DNA of 64,000 bases from Mustelus asterias. Its lineage: Eukaryota. Positions 47,831 to 61,372 of the stretch are shown here, in pieces (the first letter of the stretch is position 1; every line of letters starts with the position of its first letter). The notes below the pieces were generated by a model that did not search any database, was not told the origin of the DNA, and worked only from the letters and a program-made list of their open reading frames with translations. The stretch is taken from the NCBI RefSeq assembly GCF_964213995.1, contig NW_027590255.1, forward strand, positions 496,001 to 560,000, in the 5' to 3' direction. The translations under genes and the position numbers were made by a program.

Positions 47831-49429
47831 ACAGGTTGCATGTTCCTTTGTGTTCCAGCTTGTGTAGATTCAGTGGTTTGTGGGTTATTTGGATAGTGTG
47901 GGAGGGGGTTGTGTGGGCAAATGTAAGATGCTGAGTCAGTGCAGACTAGATGGCATAAATATCCTCCCCCACTATAGGGATGCAAAGAACAAAGAACAAT
48001 ACAGAACAGAAACAGATCCTTTAGCCCACCAAGTCTGTACCGATGTAGATGCCTCTCTGATCTTTGGAACAAGTTTGGTGAACCTTTGTTACACTTTCTA
48101 TCACAAAATAATTATCCTTCCTAAGGTAAGGGGACCAAAACTACACACAGTTCTCCAGGTGCCGTCTAACCAAGCTGCTATACAATTAAAGTAAGGCTTC
48201 ACTTCTGCTGTACTCAAAACCTTTTGCAATAACGTCCAACATATCATTAGCCTTCCTAATTGCCATCTGGACCTGCATGTTAACATCTTTAGTCCTTTTG
48301 TACATCTACATTTTCTTATCTTTTATCTTGACAGGTATATATCACAGGAATAAAACAAATTCATCCACTCACAGATATAAAACACGGTGTCACCTTGATC
48401 ACACATTAAGTAACAATTCTTCGCTCAGACAGACAAAAGATAATTGTACAATACTGAATAAATTACAATTAATTACCTGATAAATATGTAAATGAATCCA
48501 AAAAAGCTCAATATGAGTAAGACAGAAAGATGTAACAGCAATTCCTTTGCTTCCAATTGCAGGAATTGCTTCCCAGGTTATGTATCCAATTGTTACCATT
48601 CACAGAATTACAAATTGAATACTCACACACAGCTGCTGAATATAAACAGGGACAGTCAAATGTACTGGAAATCTACATGAAAAAATAAATTGAAAGATGA
48701 ACAAATATCAATACATTATGTTTTTAGCATGTAGTGTTTATCACAATGTCTGAGATACATGTAAAGTTAAAGTACAGAAGTATCCCACACTTCAACACAA
48801 CGCAAGAGACACATGGATAAAGATTGATTCCTACACCCACATGGATAATCAGAGAATCACAGATGTAAAATTAATCCTACTTTCTCAAACTCTCTAGAGA
48901 CAGATGGAAGAACAAGGAATTCCAAAACATACTAGAGAATGACAACTACAGAATGATACCTACATTCAAACTTTTGTTTTGAGAAACAGTGAAGCAAAAT
49001 GAAGTCCACTCTCACACAGTATCACAAGTAGCATCCATAGAATGAACCCTGCATTCACACACAACACCACAGACAGACAGAAAAGCACACCCAGATGTTG
49101 TACCAGAGACCGATGCATACAGTATGATTCAGACACTTATGCAGTTACTCAATGACACATGCCTGCAGAACTGAAATCAAACTCCCATTCAATTCAAGAC
49201 ACTGGCATGAGCAGAATTTACCCCATATTAACATACACAGTGGAGACTGATATAGTGCGTGAGTCACAAAATTATGTTCAGCCAATCTCACACATGCAAG
49301 CTGGCAATCAACAGACAAATACACATTTTGTTTCACATACTGTACCCAATACTTACAGGCACATAATTAATCACATTCTGTACATGAAATAGAGAGATGC
49401 TATTTCAGTCCCACACTCAGCCTCACTGA

Positions 49430-49765
49430 TTTAGAATAGGATCCCTCCAGTGCAGAAGGATGTTATTTGACCCATCAAGTCTGCACTGACTCAGCATTTT
49501 ACCCAGGCCCTATCCCCATAACCCCACAAATTTACCACGGCTACATACCCTAACTACACATCTTGGGATACCAAGGGGCAATTAACATGGCCAATCCGAA
49601 TAACCTGCACAACTTTGAACTGTGGGAGGAAACCAGTGCACTTGGAGAAAACCCATGCAGATAAGGGGAGAATATGCAACCTCCACAAAGACAGGCGTCC
49701 GAGGCCGGAAACGAACCTGGGTCCCTGGCATTGTGAGGCAGCTCTCTAACCATTGTGTCGCCCGT
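49430..49765 (-). mobile_element. HE1/V-SINE-like SINE, degenerate
   Basis: tgtgggaggaaaccagtgcacttggagaaaacccatgcag core in reverse orientation. Confidence 0.75.
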
Positions 49766-50615
49766 TCTTGCAGTGTACTTCACAAATGGTGCACACTGTG
49801 TATGAATGGTTGAGGGAGTAAATGCTGAAGCTGGTGAATGGTTTGCAAGTGAAACCAAAAACTAGATTTGTTTCTGAGATTCTTTGGTGTTGTTGGAGGT
49901 GCACTGACCAGTGAGTGGAGAGTATTCCATCCCTTACCTAAATGTGGAATTCAATTGTGGAAAGTCTGTTGGAAAATAGGAGGTCAGTCACTAGCTATGG
50001 ACATGCTCTGTTCTATTTTTAAAGCCAAAGTCATATTGTGACAGGATACAAGAAGTACCTTGTACCCATTTATCGTTAATTACAGTCACAGAATGATGAC
50101 CATGCTAAAACATAATTAGAAGATAAGAAATTGGAGCAAGAGTCGGCCATTCGGCTCTTCGAGTCCACATTGCCATACAGTGAAATCATGACTGATTTTC
50201 CACTTCAACACCATTTTCCTGAACTATCCCCGTAACCCTTGATGTTTTTGATATGTAGAAATCTATCAATCTCACTCATGAACATATTTAATGATTAAAT
50301 CTCCTCATATCTCTCCGCATTGCTTCTATCTGCAAAATTGTTGCCCATTCGCTCAGCCTCTTCAAATACACACAAAGAGTCTTTGCCTCCTTCTCACAAC
50401 TCACACATCCACCTTGTTTGTGACAGCTACCAATTTGGAAATATTACCTTTAATCCCAAATCATTGATACACAGATTGTAGATAGCAGTGGCCCAAACAC
50501 TGATCCTTGTGGTAGCCCACTTGTCATAGCCTGCTTACTTGAAAATGACCCATTTGTTCCTACTCTCAGTTTTCTGTCCATCAGCTCGTTCTCAGTCTAT
50601 TCCAGGACATTCTCT

Positions 50616-51064
50616 CCCCCAGCCCCCCCCCCCCCAGCCCCCACCACCCCCCCCCAGCCCCCACCACCCCCCCCAGCCCCCACCACCCCCCCCCCCAGCC
50701 CCCACCACCCCCCCCCAGCCCCCACCCCCCCCCAGCCCCCACCCCCCCCCAGCCCCCACCACCACANNNNNNNNNNNNNNNNNNNNNNNNNNNNNNNNNN
50801 NNNNNNNNNNNNNNNNNNNNNNNNNNNNNNNNNNNNNNNNNNNNNNNNNNNNNNNNNNNNNNNNNNNNNNNNNNNNNNNNNNNNNNNNNNNNNNNNNNNN
50901 NNNNNNNNNNNNNNNNNNACCCCCACCCAGCCCCCACCACCCCCCCAGCCCCCACCACCCCCCCCCAGCCTCCACCACCCCCCCCCAGCCCCCACCACCC
51001 CCCCCCAGCCCCCACCACCCCCCCCCCCCCCCAGCCCCCACCAACCCCCCCCCCAGCCCCCACC
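50616..51064. repeat. C-rich tandem repeat (cccccagcccccaccacc)n spanning an assembly gap (50767-50918)
   Basis: Visible directly; the G-rich minus strand has many runs of 3 or more G. Confidence 0.95.
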
Positions 51065-51494
51065 ACGTGCTCTCATTTTCTTTATTTGCCTCTGGTGTGG
51101 AACCATATCAAGGCTTGTAGCCAGTAATATCCAATTCTGATTCCACTGCTTCTTGCAGTCAGCTTTTTGTTTTAGCAACAATGTCAATGTGGCTGCTGCT
51201 CATCAAACTTATTCCCCTTCCACACGCCCAGATACTGTACACTGCCAGCTCCCGGTGATGGGCGGAAGTAAAGCAGAGCAGTTGGTGCTGGTGAGGAAGG
51301 GGAAATGTATGAACAGTATCAGCAGTCTGATAGAGTGATGTGGGATTAGCAGCAGAGAGAATGCGCTGGTGCGGCAGAGGGAGTGAGAGAGTCAGTGGGT
51401 TGGGTGGATCGGGGCGGACAAGGGGAAAGGACGGATTGACAACAGACTGGTTGCTGCTCAAATCCACAAACTCTGTGTTTGTGTATCTGAACTA

Positions 51495-51605
51495 ACCAAT
51501 CAGAGAGAGAGCGTCACGAATTGACATCATTGTGAATGAGCCAATGGGGAACAGGGCTTTCAGCAATCCTTCATTAGCATAGGCCTCTGCTTTGGTCTAT
51601 AAAAG
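51495..51605 (+). promoter_or_regulatory. H2B promoter: CCAAT boxes, octamer-like ATTAGCAT, TATA
   Basis: ccaat at ~51496 and 51541, attagcat at 51573-51580, tataaaa at 51598. Confidence 0.8.
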
Positions 51606-51656
51606 AGGAGTTCCGAGCGCGACTCAGTGATTCTGTGTCTGAAATTAACTGTGACA

Positions 51657-52031
51657 ATGGTGGATGAGAAGAAAGCAGCTCCTAAGAAGGGGGCGAAGAA
51701 AGTGATTAAGAAACCGGTAATAAAGGGCGGCAAGAAGCGGCGAAAGTCGAGGAAGGAGAGTTACTCCATCTACATCTACAAAGTGATGAAGCAGGTTCAC
51801 CCCGACACCGGCATCTCCTCCAAGGCCATGAGCATCATGAACTCGTTCGTGAACGATATTTTCGAGCGCATCGCGGGTGAGGCTTCCCGCCTGGCCCATT
51901 ACAACAAGCGCAGCACCATCAGCTCCCGGGAGATCCAGACCGCCGTGCGCCTGCTGCTGCCCGGGGAACTGGCCAAGCACGCCGTGTCGGAAGGGACAAA
52001 GGCGGTGACTAAGTACACCAGCTCCAAGTAA
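51657..52031 (+). CDS. H2B: Histone H2B
   Basis: [12 protein letters not shown]...[27 protein letters not shown]...TKYTSSK; stem-loop downstream. Confidence 0.98.
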   Translation: MVDEKKAAPKKGAKKVIKKPVIKGGKKRRKSRKESYSIYIYKVMKQVHPDTGISSKAMSIMNSFVNDIFERIAGEASRLAHYNKRSTISSREIQTAVRLLLPGELAKHAVSEGTKAVTKYTSSK

Positions 52032-52067
52032 AACTCCCCATGGACTGAAAAACATCCCAAACACAAC

Positions 52068-52083
52068 GGCTCTTTTAAGAGCC
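52068..52083 (+). terminator. Histone 3' stem-loop (H2B)
   Basis: aacGGCTCTTTTAAGAGCCact. Confidence 0.93.
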
Positions 52084-53079
52084 ACTCTCAATCTCCCTGA
52101 AAAAGCTGTATCATCCATTTAGTTTCAATTAATCTTTCACTCTGAAGCGTCTCGAACAATCTAATTGTTGTTTTTACTGTTGATCAATGATAGGTACTGA
52201 GTAATGCAAGTTGATCGCCCAGCGTCTGATTAATAATGTTTCATGAATTAATTAATTGGTTTCCGACCGCCTCTGCACTTAGATCTCAGAGGCCCGTTTC
52301 CCCGACTTTAGCGAGAGAGAGAGCTAATGGAGCAAATGTGTCAGCTTCCAATTCTGTTCCAGTTTGGTCTTAATAATCGATCAGTTTATTCCCTATCAGC
52401 CCCGATTGTGCAGGAACCTGAGTCTCGGCACTGGTCAATTTACACCGAAAATGTTCACTCCCCTCTTGATTCTCACGAATATGGAGAACATCCCGTCCGT
52501 TTACAGAACGATGTCAATGAGACTTTCTGGCGGCGAGTTCGAGAGTTTTAAAAAGGGCCGAGATTAACCCCGAATGGATCCAGGATTCTAAAAGCAAATC
52601 TGCAACTTGGGATAAAATGTGAAATGGTGCAAACACAGACTGATGTTTTAAACACTTTGTTGTTCAACAGTTAATTATTGAGAGATTTTATTTGAAATGT
52701 ATTTCTTGTTTTATAAATATATCTGCGAACTTTTCAAAAATGAATAGTGAAAATTTTGTTATTTTCGACTTATTTTCCGAAAAACCCAGGCTGAAAATCA
52801 GAAACTGCCAGATCCAGGTTAACTATAGACTGGGGAAGGAGAGAAAGGGAGATTCTTAGCTTACTCAAAATTAATTAACCATTACCTATTCGTATAATTT
52901 TCGAAACTCTTGTTCTTTCCGCTTTGGCGGCTTTTACAGTTTGAAATGAAATCGGTTGGAATCTGAGATTTTGGCGCCGTTATTTTCCGCTATCACTCCG
53001 TGGGCTCTCCGGATTGGTGCGTTAAGCAGATTTCTGATTGGTCATATGAACAAGATGCTGAGAGGCAGCAACAAAGTGA

Positions 53080-53571
<492 letters not shown>

Positions 53572-53601
53572 AGCGACCATTCTTTAATCTGATAACACAA
53601 A

Positions 53602-53617
53602 GGCTCTTTTCAGAGCC
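53602..53617 (+). terminator. Histone 3' stem-loop (right H2A)
   Basis: aaaGGCTCTTTTCAGAGCCactca. Confidence 0.95.
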
Positions 53618-55256
53618 ACTCACTTTTTCTGGAAAAGGGCGATCTATTGTTTGCCCCTCAGATGCTGCGCTGCTATTCACAGTCCAGCTGTTTCCCGCTT
53701 TGTTTTATCAATCCGGAGTTCCCCCTGTGTACGATAGTAAATAGACCCCATCAGTCTCGCAGCAGATAGAGGAATTCATCAGGCGAATACACCATCCACA
53801 TTACGATAGTATTGTCACAGGCAGTATTTTAATGCATGCAAGTTGCTGTTTTGTATTAATAGTTGATATCTGGAACTGGGGTTCTGATTTCAGTTAATCA
53901 ACAATTTCATTTGCGCCGTTTTTTGTGCAGCAAATAACCATCTGTGCAAACTAAGACTTTATTCCATTCTTACACAGATTGTTACAGGTACAGAGAGGAT
54001 TTGAAGTCTATCTTCCGCCACTTAGTGCGTTAGACTCGATCTCCGACCCTTTTCTCTCAAGCCCATTCAGATTTAACACATAAACTCACAGGATCAGTGA
54101 AAGGGCTGCTTGCTGGCAGCAGGGAGTCAGAGATGGAGTTATTGTCACGGTGGATTGATCTGTTTCTGATTTGTTTACTGATGTTTTCAGTTCCCTCTCT
54201 ATATTGAGCTCAAGTGAATAATTGAACGACATGGTGTCAGAATCAAGGTTTTTATAAATCCTTCAGTTTGCTTCATACCGAGTCCATCCCGGTGCATTAT
54301 CGACAACAAGGAAGAATTTCGCAGTTGGAGAATTATATATTTTCCTCTGTCGGATGATCTGGGCGTCGCTCCCGGAACAGAGTAAAGGCGGAAATGAAGA
54401 GGTTATTCTCGGGCTGATCTGTTTATTCCGCAGCTTTCCCAGAGGACGGAATCAGCGAGATTTCTGCACACACAGGACCTGAGTCCATTGCAACGCTTTA
54501 AGATCTGCCTCCCCCCGGCGCTCCCTATTCTCCAGACACAAAGCTGCCTGTTCCACCGGCGGGATCGGGCCGGGGATTCTCTCCGCACTTCCCATTGTAA
54601 CATTCCCGGCCGCTTTCAGGGGATAGGATCAGAAATCAGCCGTTTCCCTCTGTCCCTGTGAAGCCTGTGTGAAGGAGTTGGTTGGTGATCTCCATGTTTC
54701 TGCTTTTCCACTGAGCTGAGATTTGCTCCGTTTTAAATTGCTGAACGGGGTCTGATTACCGCGGGTTATAGATAAGAGATTGAGAAATTTAAACTGTTCC
54801 TAAAATAGCGCCAGGATTCTGTGGCGGAAAATACAATAAACAGATTATAAAGTGTGAGATTGAAATAGTTTCCTGAACATTCAGGCGTTCCGTTATTTTG
54901 TATTTTTCCTGCACTGAAATTGGCGGGTTTTTCCAGTTTGAAAATGTGAACCAATCAAAACCTCCCATTTCTTCTCCCTGGCTCTCCGATTGGTTACGAA
55001 TCTGATTGAAATGTGAGTGACCAATCAGAGCTCGAGTCTGGCTGCAGCCTCACAAACCGCTCACAATGATTATTAATAGAGATTAAACTGACGGAATCTG
55101 TATCTTCTCTCTCACCTGTACTTGAATTTTAAAATATACTTTGTTTCCACAGACAAATTATTGAAGGAAAGTGAATAAATGTGATGTCTCCTCCACGCAA
55201 GTTACAGGGAAGTGAGTCGCCAGCTCCTTCTCACGTTGTCTCTGACGGAGCTCAGA

Positions 55257-56490
55257 CAGTAAGAAGTCTCACAACACCAGGTTAAAGTCCAACAGGTTTA
55301 TTTGGCAGCACAAGCTTTTGGAGTCTCAGGCTCCTTCAGGTGAGTGAGAAGCTGTGTTCACAAACAGGGCACATACAGGCACAAACTCAATTTACAAGAT
55401 AATGGTAAGAATGCGAGTCTTTACAGGTAATCAAGTCTTAAAATTACAGACAGTGTAAGTGGAGAGAGGGCCAAGCACTGGTTAAAGAGGTGTGTATTGT
55501 CTCCAGCCAGGACAGTTATTGATATTTTGCCCAGGCAAGTTGTGGGGGTTACAGGTAGTGTGACATGATTCCAAGGTCCCGGTTGAGGCCGTCCTCATGC
55601 GTGCGGAACTTGGCTATCAGTTTCTGCTCAGTGATTCTGCATTGTCATGTGTCGTGAAGGCCACCTTGGAGAATGCTTACTCGAAGATCAGAGGTTGAAT
55701 GCCCATGACTGCTGAAGTGTACCCCGACAGGAAGGAAGCACTCCTGCCTGACGATTGTTGAGCGGTGTTCATTCATCCGTTGTCATAGTGTCTGCATAGT
55801 CTCTCCAATGTGCCATGCCTTGGGACATCCTTTCCTGCAGCGTGTCAGGTAGACAACATTGGCCAACTCGCAAGAATATGTACCGTGTACGTGGTGGATG
55901 GTGTTCTCATGTGAGATGATGGCATCAGTGTCAATGATCCGGCACATTTACCGAGGTTGCTGTGGCAGGGTTGTGTGGTGTCGTGGTCAATGTTCTCCTG
56001 AATGCTGGGTAATTTGCTGCAGACAATGGTCTGTTTGAGGTTATGCGATTGTTTGAAGGCGAGAAGTGAGGGTGTGGGGATGGCCTTGGCGAGATGTTCG
56101 TCTTCATTCTTGACATGTTGAAGGCTCCGGAGAAGATGTCGTAGCTTCTCCGCTCTGGGGAAGGATTGGACAATGAAGGGTACTCTGTCTATCGTGTCCT
56201 GTGTTTGTCTTCTGTGGCACATCGGAACTGTCGATCAATGAGTCGAGCACCATATCCTGTTGTTATGAGGGCATCTTTCAGCGTCTGTAGGTGTCTGTTG
56301 CAATACTCCTCATCTGAGCAGATCCTGTGTATGCAGAGGGCTTGTCCACAGAGGACGGCTTCTTTAACGTGTATAGGATGGAAGCTGGAGAAGTGGAGCA
56401 TCATGAGGTTATCCACGTGCTTGCGGTACAGTGAAGTGCTGAGGTGACCGTCCTTGATGGAGATGCGTATGTCCAAGAATGCAACCAATT
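55257..56490 (-). mobile_element. 5'-truncated Penelope-like retroelement (RT C-terminus, GIY-YIG endonuclease, 3' terminus)
   Basis: ORF 56189..56506 FLDIRI...TSLYRK...LHFSSFHP...GQALCIHRICS; ANVVYLTRCRKGCPKAWHIGET readable on the minus strand at ~55800-55870; terminus matches the mini-insertions. Confidence 0.9.
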
Positions 56491-56620
56491 CCAGACACAC
56501 AGACATCTTATTAGTTCAACGGTCTCAGAGAGCAGAAATAGTTGCAGACACATTTTCAATCCATCAATCAAACAGAGCAGGAGAGACAGACATTTTTGTC
56601 CATGTGACTCTAAATATCCT

Positions 56621-56703
56621 ACCAGGATGGCCGAGTGGTTAAGCGGTTGGACTTAAGATCCAATGGACTTATGTCCGTGTGCATTTGAACCGCACTCCAA
56701 TTA
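56621..56703 (+). pseudogene. tRNA-Leu(TAA) pseudogene
   Basis: ACCAGGATGGCCGAGTGGTTAAG..TTGGACTTAAGATCCAATGGAC..ATGTCCG matches Leu-TAA; T-arm and 3' acceptor strand are degenerate. Confidence 0.8.
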
Positions 56704-56711
56704 AATGGACT

Positions 56712-57290
56712 TTTAACACTACATTCTGCACCCTCTCCTTTTCTTCTGCTCTATGTGCTGTATGAACTGTCTGCTTTGTCTGTATAGCACGCAAGAAAAC
56801 AATACTTTTCACTGTATACCAATGCATGTGACAATAATAAATCAAATCAAACCCAGTACCATTGATAGTGGGATCCATAAATCCAAGTCCAAATTGACTC
56901 CTGCCATCAGATCATCACAGTGTCAATCCCACAATAGAGCATCCTTAGCTCCAAATTAAATATATGATAAAACTGACACATGGAATCTCATTAAAAGTTA
57001 CACAATGAACATTAATAATGTACTCTGAGATTCGACTTAAATACATCACGCAAATCAGGGGTTTTGAATTGATTGTACTAATGGCCACAGTGAATATTCA
57101 CAAATACATTTGATACAAATCCAAATCTGAAATACATTCTCAGATTGAGGTATGATTTGATTTATTATCATCACATGTATTAGTAAATAGTGAAAAGTAT
57201 TGTTTCTTGCGTGCTATACAGACAAAGCATACCATTCACAGAGAAGGATAGGAGAGAGTGCAGAATGCAGTGTTACAGTCATAGCTAGGG
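56712..57290. mobile_element. Two oppositely oriented LINE 3'-end fragments (plus ~56712-56850, minus ~57155-57290)
   Basis: tttgtctgtatagcacgcaagaaa..caatacttttcact...aataaatcaaatc and its reverse complement. Confidence 0.65.
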
Positions 57291-59764
57291 TGCTGAGGCC
57301 ATCTCCACCGCCCCATATGGAACAGTGTGAGTGAGAGGAAACAAAGAGTAGTGGTTAATGGTTGTGTTTCAGACTGGAGGAAGGTTTCTAGTGGAGTTCC
57401 CCAGGGATCGGTTTTAGGAGCCCTGCTCTTCCTGATATATATTAATGACACACACCTTGGTGTACAGGACTCAAGCTCAACATTTCCATACGCCACCAAT
57501 CTTGGAGGCATTGGCAACTGTGAGGAGGAAAGTGGGAAACTTCAATAAGACACGGGCAGCTTGGTGGAATGGGAGTGGTACAGTGGTTAGCACTGCTGCC
57601 TCACTGCGCCAGGGACCCGGGTTCGATTCCTGGCTTAGGTCACTGTCGATGCGAAGTCTACACAATCTCCCCATGTCTGCATAGGTTTCCTCTGGTCATT
57701 GGTCATGCTAAATGCTCTCTCAGTGTACCCAAACAGGCGCCAGAGTGCAGTGACTAGAGAGTTGTCAGTGTAACTTCATTGCAGTGTTAATGTAAGCCCT
57801 ACTTGTGACACAAATAAATAAACTTTACAAGTGGCACTGGGAAATGTTCCAGCACAGATTGCCCTGTGCCTGGGCAAGTCAGTGTCCTGGATAGAGCACT
57901 TTCCGGGGCGCAGAGCATTGTTTTTATTAATTCATGTGATGGGGGCATCACTGGCTTGTTAGGCCATTTCAGAGGGCACTTAAGAGTCAACCACATTGCT
58001 GTGTGTCTGGAGTCACATGTAGGCCAGAACAGTAAATTTGGGCAGATTTGCTTGCCTAAAGGAGCATCAGTAAATGAAGTGGGTTGTCATGACGTGGTCA
58101 TCATTAGATCTTAATTCCAGATTTTTTTAAGTTCAAATTGCACTCTCTGCTGTGGTAAAATTTGCTCCCATTGCATTACACTGGATCACTAGTCCAGTGA
58201 CAATACCACTACACCATTACCTCCCCATGTGGGAACTGCGGCCGCCATGAGTGGATATTAGGAAGTGTTTTATCTCATGCTGATTGTCAGTGAGCTGAAA
58301 CATGAACTCTGTTTCTCTCTTTGCAGATGCTACCTGACCTGTTGTGTATTCCAGAATTTTCACCTTGTTTCAAAATTCCAGTGGCCACATGATTTTACCA
58401 GTGAATTATTGTAGCTGTTGCTCAGAAAAATGAGGCCAGAAATGGACAAAGAATCCATTTGAACCAGGGTGGATGTTGGTTGTGAAAATTGGTGTCTCAC
58501 TTTCTGTGAAGGTATGTTCTTGTTGGCTGGCTTTGAACTGGAGTGTTGATGGAAGAAAAGCTGATGGGTTTAACCCTGAGTACATTTGAGACCAGTCGGC
58601 CCCAAACATTTCTCATCAAGGTGTCCTGTACAGTAACAGAGACTGACAGAGACATTGCACACTCATATAAAATTAGTAATGGAAAGGGAATCAGTTCTGC
58701 ACTCATATGCAGTGTCAAACGTAAGTTAATTCCACACTGAAATACTGAAACAGAGACTAAGAGAGTTAGTTCCACATTGACATCAAATCAGAACATATGA
58801 AGCAGGAGTAGCAGAAGGCAATTTGTTCTTTCGGGTTGCCCCACCATTCAGTAAGATCATGGTTGATGTGATTATGGCCTCAACTCCATTTTATTGCCTG
58901 CCCTATAACCCTTGTCTCTCTCGTAGATCAAAATTCTTCCTACCTTAGGATGGAATCTAATCAATGCCAAAAATTAAGGACACTTTGAGAGGAGAAATTC
59001 CTTCTCATCTCCATCTTAAGTGGGGCATACTTTATTTTTAAACTGTGTCCTGTAGTTCCAATTTTGCCCATAAATGGAAACATTCCTCTCAACATCTACC
59101 CTGTCCAGTCTCCTCAGATTCTTCCATGTTTCAATATGATCATCTCTCATTCTTCTCAACTTCTATGATATTAGCTTAACTTGATTAAACTTTCCTCATA
59201 AGATGACTCCTTCATCTTAGCAATCAACCAAGTGAATCTTCATTGCCTACAATACAAGTGTTTCCCTCTTTAAATCAGAGAAAGCATATAAACGTGTAGA
59301 CTCAGCAATGCCATGTATTTGCAGCAACATTTCCCGACTTTTATACTCCACATATGTACTTATAATTACAGTTAGATCCTCTGTACTGTAACATTCTGCT
59401 GTCTCTTCCTCTAATTAAATAATGTTCTGCCTTCCAATTCTTCCCACTGAAGTGGAAAGCCTCACTCTTTCCTACATTGTATCCTACTTGCCAGATTTGT
59501 GTCCACTCACTTAACCTCTCTATATCCCCTTGCAGACTTTTTGTGTCCTCCTCACAACCTGCTTTCCCACTTACCTATATATTGCCTGAAAATTTGGTGT
59601 TGATCTGTCCCTTCATCTGGGTCATTAGTATAGATTGTAAATAGCTGAGAACCCAGCACTGATCCCTGTGGCTCTCTACTAGCAGCAGTTTGCTAAGCTG
59701 ACAGTGACCCACTTCCATACAGTAACAGAGACTGACAGTTAATTGCATACATTATTAATAGATA

Positions 59765-60680
59765 GCTAGGGAGTTATTTCCACAATCACACAGTAACAGA
59801 TTGAGAGAGAGTTAATTCCACATTCACACTCAGTAATAGTTTGAGAGGGAGTTAATTACACATACACAGTAATTGGTTGAGAGAGTGTCAATTTCACACT
59901 CTCACACTAACATATTGAGAGAGAGTTACATCCACACTCTCACACAGTAATAGATTGAGAGAGAATTAATTCCACACTCACACTCAGTAATCGATTGAGA
60001 GAGAGTTAATTCCACACACTCTCAGGAATCGATTGAGAGGGAGTTAATTCCACACTCGCACCTAGTAATAGATGTGAGTTAATTCCACCCTCTCACACAG
60101 TAATAGATTGAGAGAGTATTATTTGCACACTCGCACTCAGTAATAGATTGAGAGATAGTTAATTCCACACTCACACTCAGTAATAGATTGTGAGAGAGTT
60201 AATTCCACACTGACAGAGCAATAGATTGAGAGAGAGTTAATTCCACACTGGCAGAGCAATAGATTGAGAGAGAGTTAATTCCAAAATCACACAGTGATAG
60301 ATTGCGAGAGCGTTAATTCAACACACACGCAGCAATCGATTGAGAGAGCTACTTCCACAATCACACAGAGGAATAGATTGAGAGAGAGTTAATTCCACAC
60401 ACACGCACACATGCACACACAGTCATAGGATAGAGTTAATTCCACACTCACATACAATAATAGATTGAGAGATTTAATTCTGCACAGTAATCGATAAAGT
60501 ATTAGAAGAGAGTCATTTCCACACTCACACACAGTAATAGAGTGAGAGAGAGTTAATTCCACACTCTCACACTAATAGATTGAGAGTTAATTCCACACCC
60601 ATACAGTAATAGATTGAGAGAGTTGATTCTTCACGCACACTCGCTGATAGATTGAGAGAGTATTCATTGCACACTTACAC
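59765..60680 (-). repeat. Inverted copy of the ~40-bp satellite (cagtaatagattgagagagagttaattccacac)
   Basis: Reverse complement of the unit at 27830-33250. Confidence 0.93.
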
Positions 60681-61030
60681 TGCTTCTAATGTGTTTACAT
60701 CTTTCTTTCGATAAGGGGACCAGTACTGTATACAATCCTCCAGATGTGGTCTCACCTCGTCCTGTTCAAGTGAAGCATCAATTCCCTACAATTCCTCACA
60801 TTAAGCAATAACATTCTATTTGCATTCCTAATTATTTGCTGTACATCTATATTAGCCTTTTCTGATTCATGGACGAGGAACCCAGAACCAGAGGGTTTTC
60901 ACACAGAGTTGTGAGTGTCTGGAACGAGCTGCCAGAGGCAGTCGTAGAGGTGGGTACAATTTTGTCTTTTAAAAAGCATTTAGACAGTTACATGGGTAAG
61001 ATTGGTATAAATTGGAATTGTAGGGAATTG

Positions 61031-61372
61031 GGGCGGCACGGTAGCACAGTGGTTAGCACTGCTGCTTCACAGCTCCAGGGACCTGGGTTCGATTCCTGGC
61101 TTGGGTCACTGTCTGTGTGGAGTTTGCACATTCTCCTCGTGTCTGCATGGGTTTCCTCTGGGTGCTCCGGTTTCCTCCCACAGTCCAATGATGTGCAGGT
61201 TAGGTTGATTGGCCATGCTAAAATTGCCGCTTCGCGTCACGAGATGCGTAGGTTAGAGGGATTAGCGGGTAAATATGTCGGGATAAGGGGGTAGGGCCGG
61301 GATGGGATTGTGGTCGGTGCAGACTCGATGGGCCAAATGGCCTCTTTCTGCACTATAGGGCTTCTATGATTC
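61031..61372 (+). mobile_element. Full-length HE1/V-SINE-like SINE inside a CR1 3' fragment
   Basis: Closely similar to the SINE at 9661-9997. Confidence 0.88.

Noticed and set aside
50539-51187. Proline-rich and glycine-rich ORFs (extensin/formin-like)
   Set aside because: They arise from a C-rich simple repeat across an N gap.
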